From assembly GCA_002633005.1 (NCBI GenBank), contig NMRA01000515.1, forward strand, positions 247,680-311,679: 64,000 nt of DNA. The letters are read 5' to 3'. The notes beneath the pieces are model-generated. The model saw only the letters and a program-made list of their open reading frames with translations, searched no databases and had not been told where the DNA came from. Origin of the DNA: Phoronis australis. Its lineage: Eukaryota; Animalia; Phoronida. Position numbers and translations under genes: made by a program. Positions 63,614-64,000 of the stretch are shown here, one piece after another. The first letter of the stretch is position 1. Each line of letters begins with the position of its first letter.

Positions 63614-63696
63614 GCTTCAGCAGTAGGTCCCTGTCCTCAGTTCTAGCTGATGAACAGCAGATAAAGTTCACATCCACCTACAGTGATGAGTTGCAG
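63614..63696 (+). CDS. PKHD1L1: Exon 15 (GFSSRSLSSVLADEQQIKFTSTYSDELQ); gene continues beyond the window
   Basis: cttttccag| ... CAG|gtaaat; phases 1/0; ExQ repeat typical of this PKHD1L1 segment. Confidence 0.88.
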
Positions 63697-64000
63697 GTAA
63701 ATGTTAAGCTTTCCACCCTCGTCAATAACTTATAACAAGGAAATGTTGAGCTTCACACTGTCACCAATAATTCACAAATAAATGTTCAACTTTCCACTTT
63801 CTAAGCTTCCCATGGTGACCAATAACTTACATGTAAATTGCGTTCAACTTTCCACTTTCACCAATAACTCATAACAAGTATATATGTTAAGCATTCCATG
63901 GTGACCAATAACTCATAACAAGTATATGTGTTAAGCTTCCCATGGTGACCAATAACTTACATGTAAATGTTAAACTTTCCACTGTCACCAATAACTCATA
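63697..64000. repeat. Degenerate ~40-bp minisatellite starting at the exon 15 donor
   Basis: atgttaagcttccc/tttccac...tcaccaataact.ata units. Confidence 0.8.

Overview
Eukaryotic (marine invertebrate-like, AT-rich, draft assembly with N gaps) genomic DNA; no prokaryotic operons or CRISPR. Main genes: two tandem minus-strand neurogenin-class bHLH genes (a full 239-aa copy at 24592-25311 and a short, almost bHLH-only 110-aa copy at 33301-33633 with its own TATA box, 5'-UTR intron and polyA signal), and, transcribed divergently, the first 15 phase-consistent coding exons (501 codons) of a fibrocystin-L/PKHD1L1-like gene (47345 to beyond the window end). The left ~11 kb looks like the 5' end and introns of an unidentified minus-strand gene. 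Intergenic and intronic space holds many elements: a Kolobok deletion derivative, a P-like TIR element, several MITE/foldback elements, LINE remnants, tRNA-derived heads and tandem repeats. The most unusual structure is a ~330-bp element at 19734-20060 that joins a tRNA-derived Pol III promoter to a Penelope-type minimal hammerhead ribozyme motif, flanked by inverted arms whose boundary matches the predicted cleavage site. All calls were made by eye; no database searches were run.
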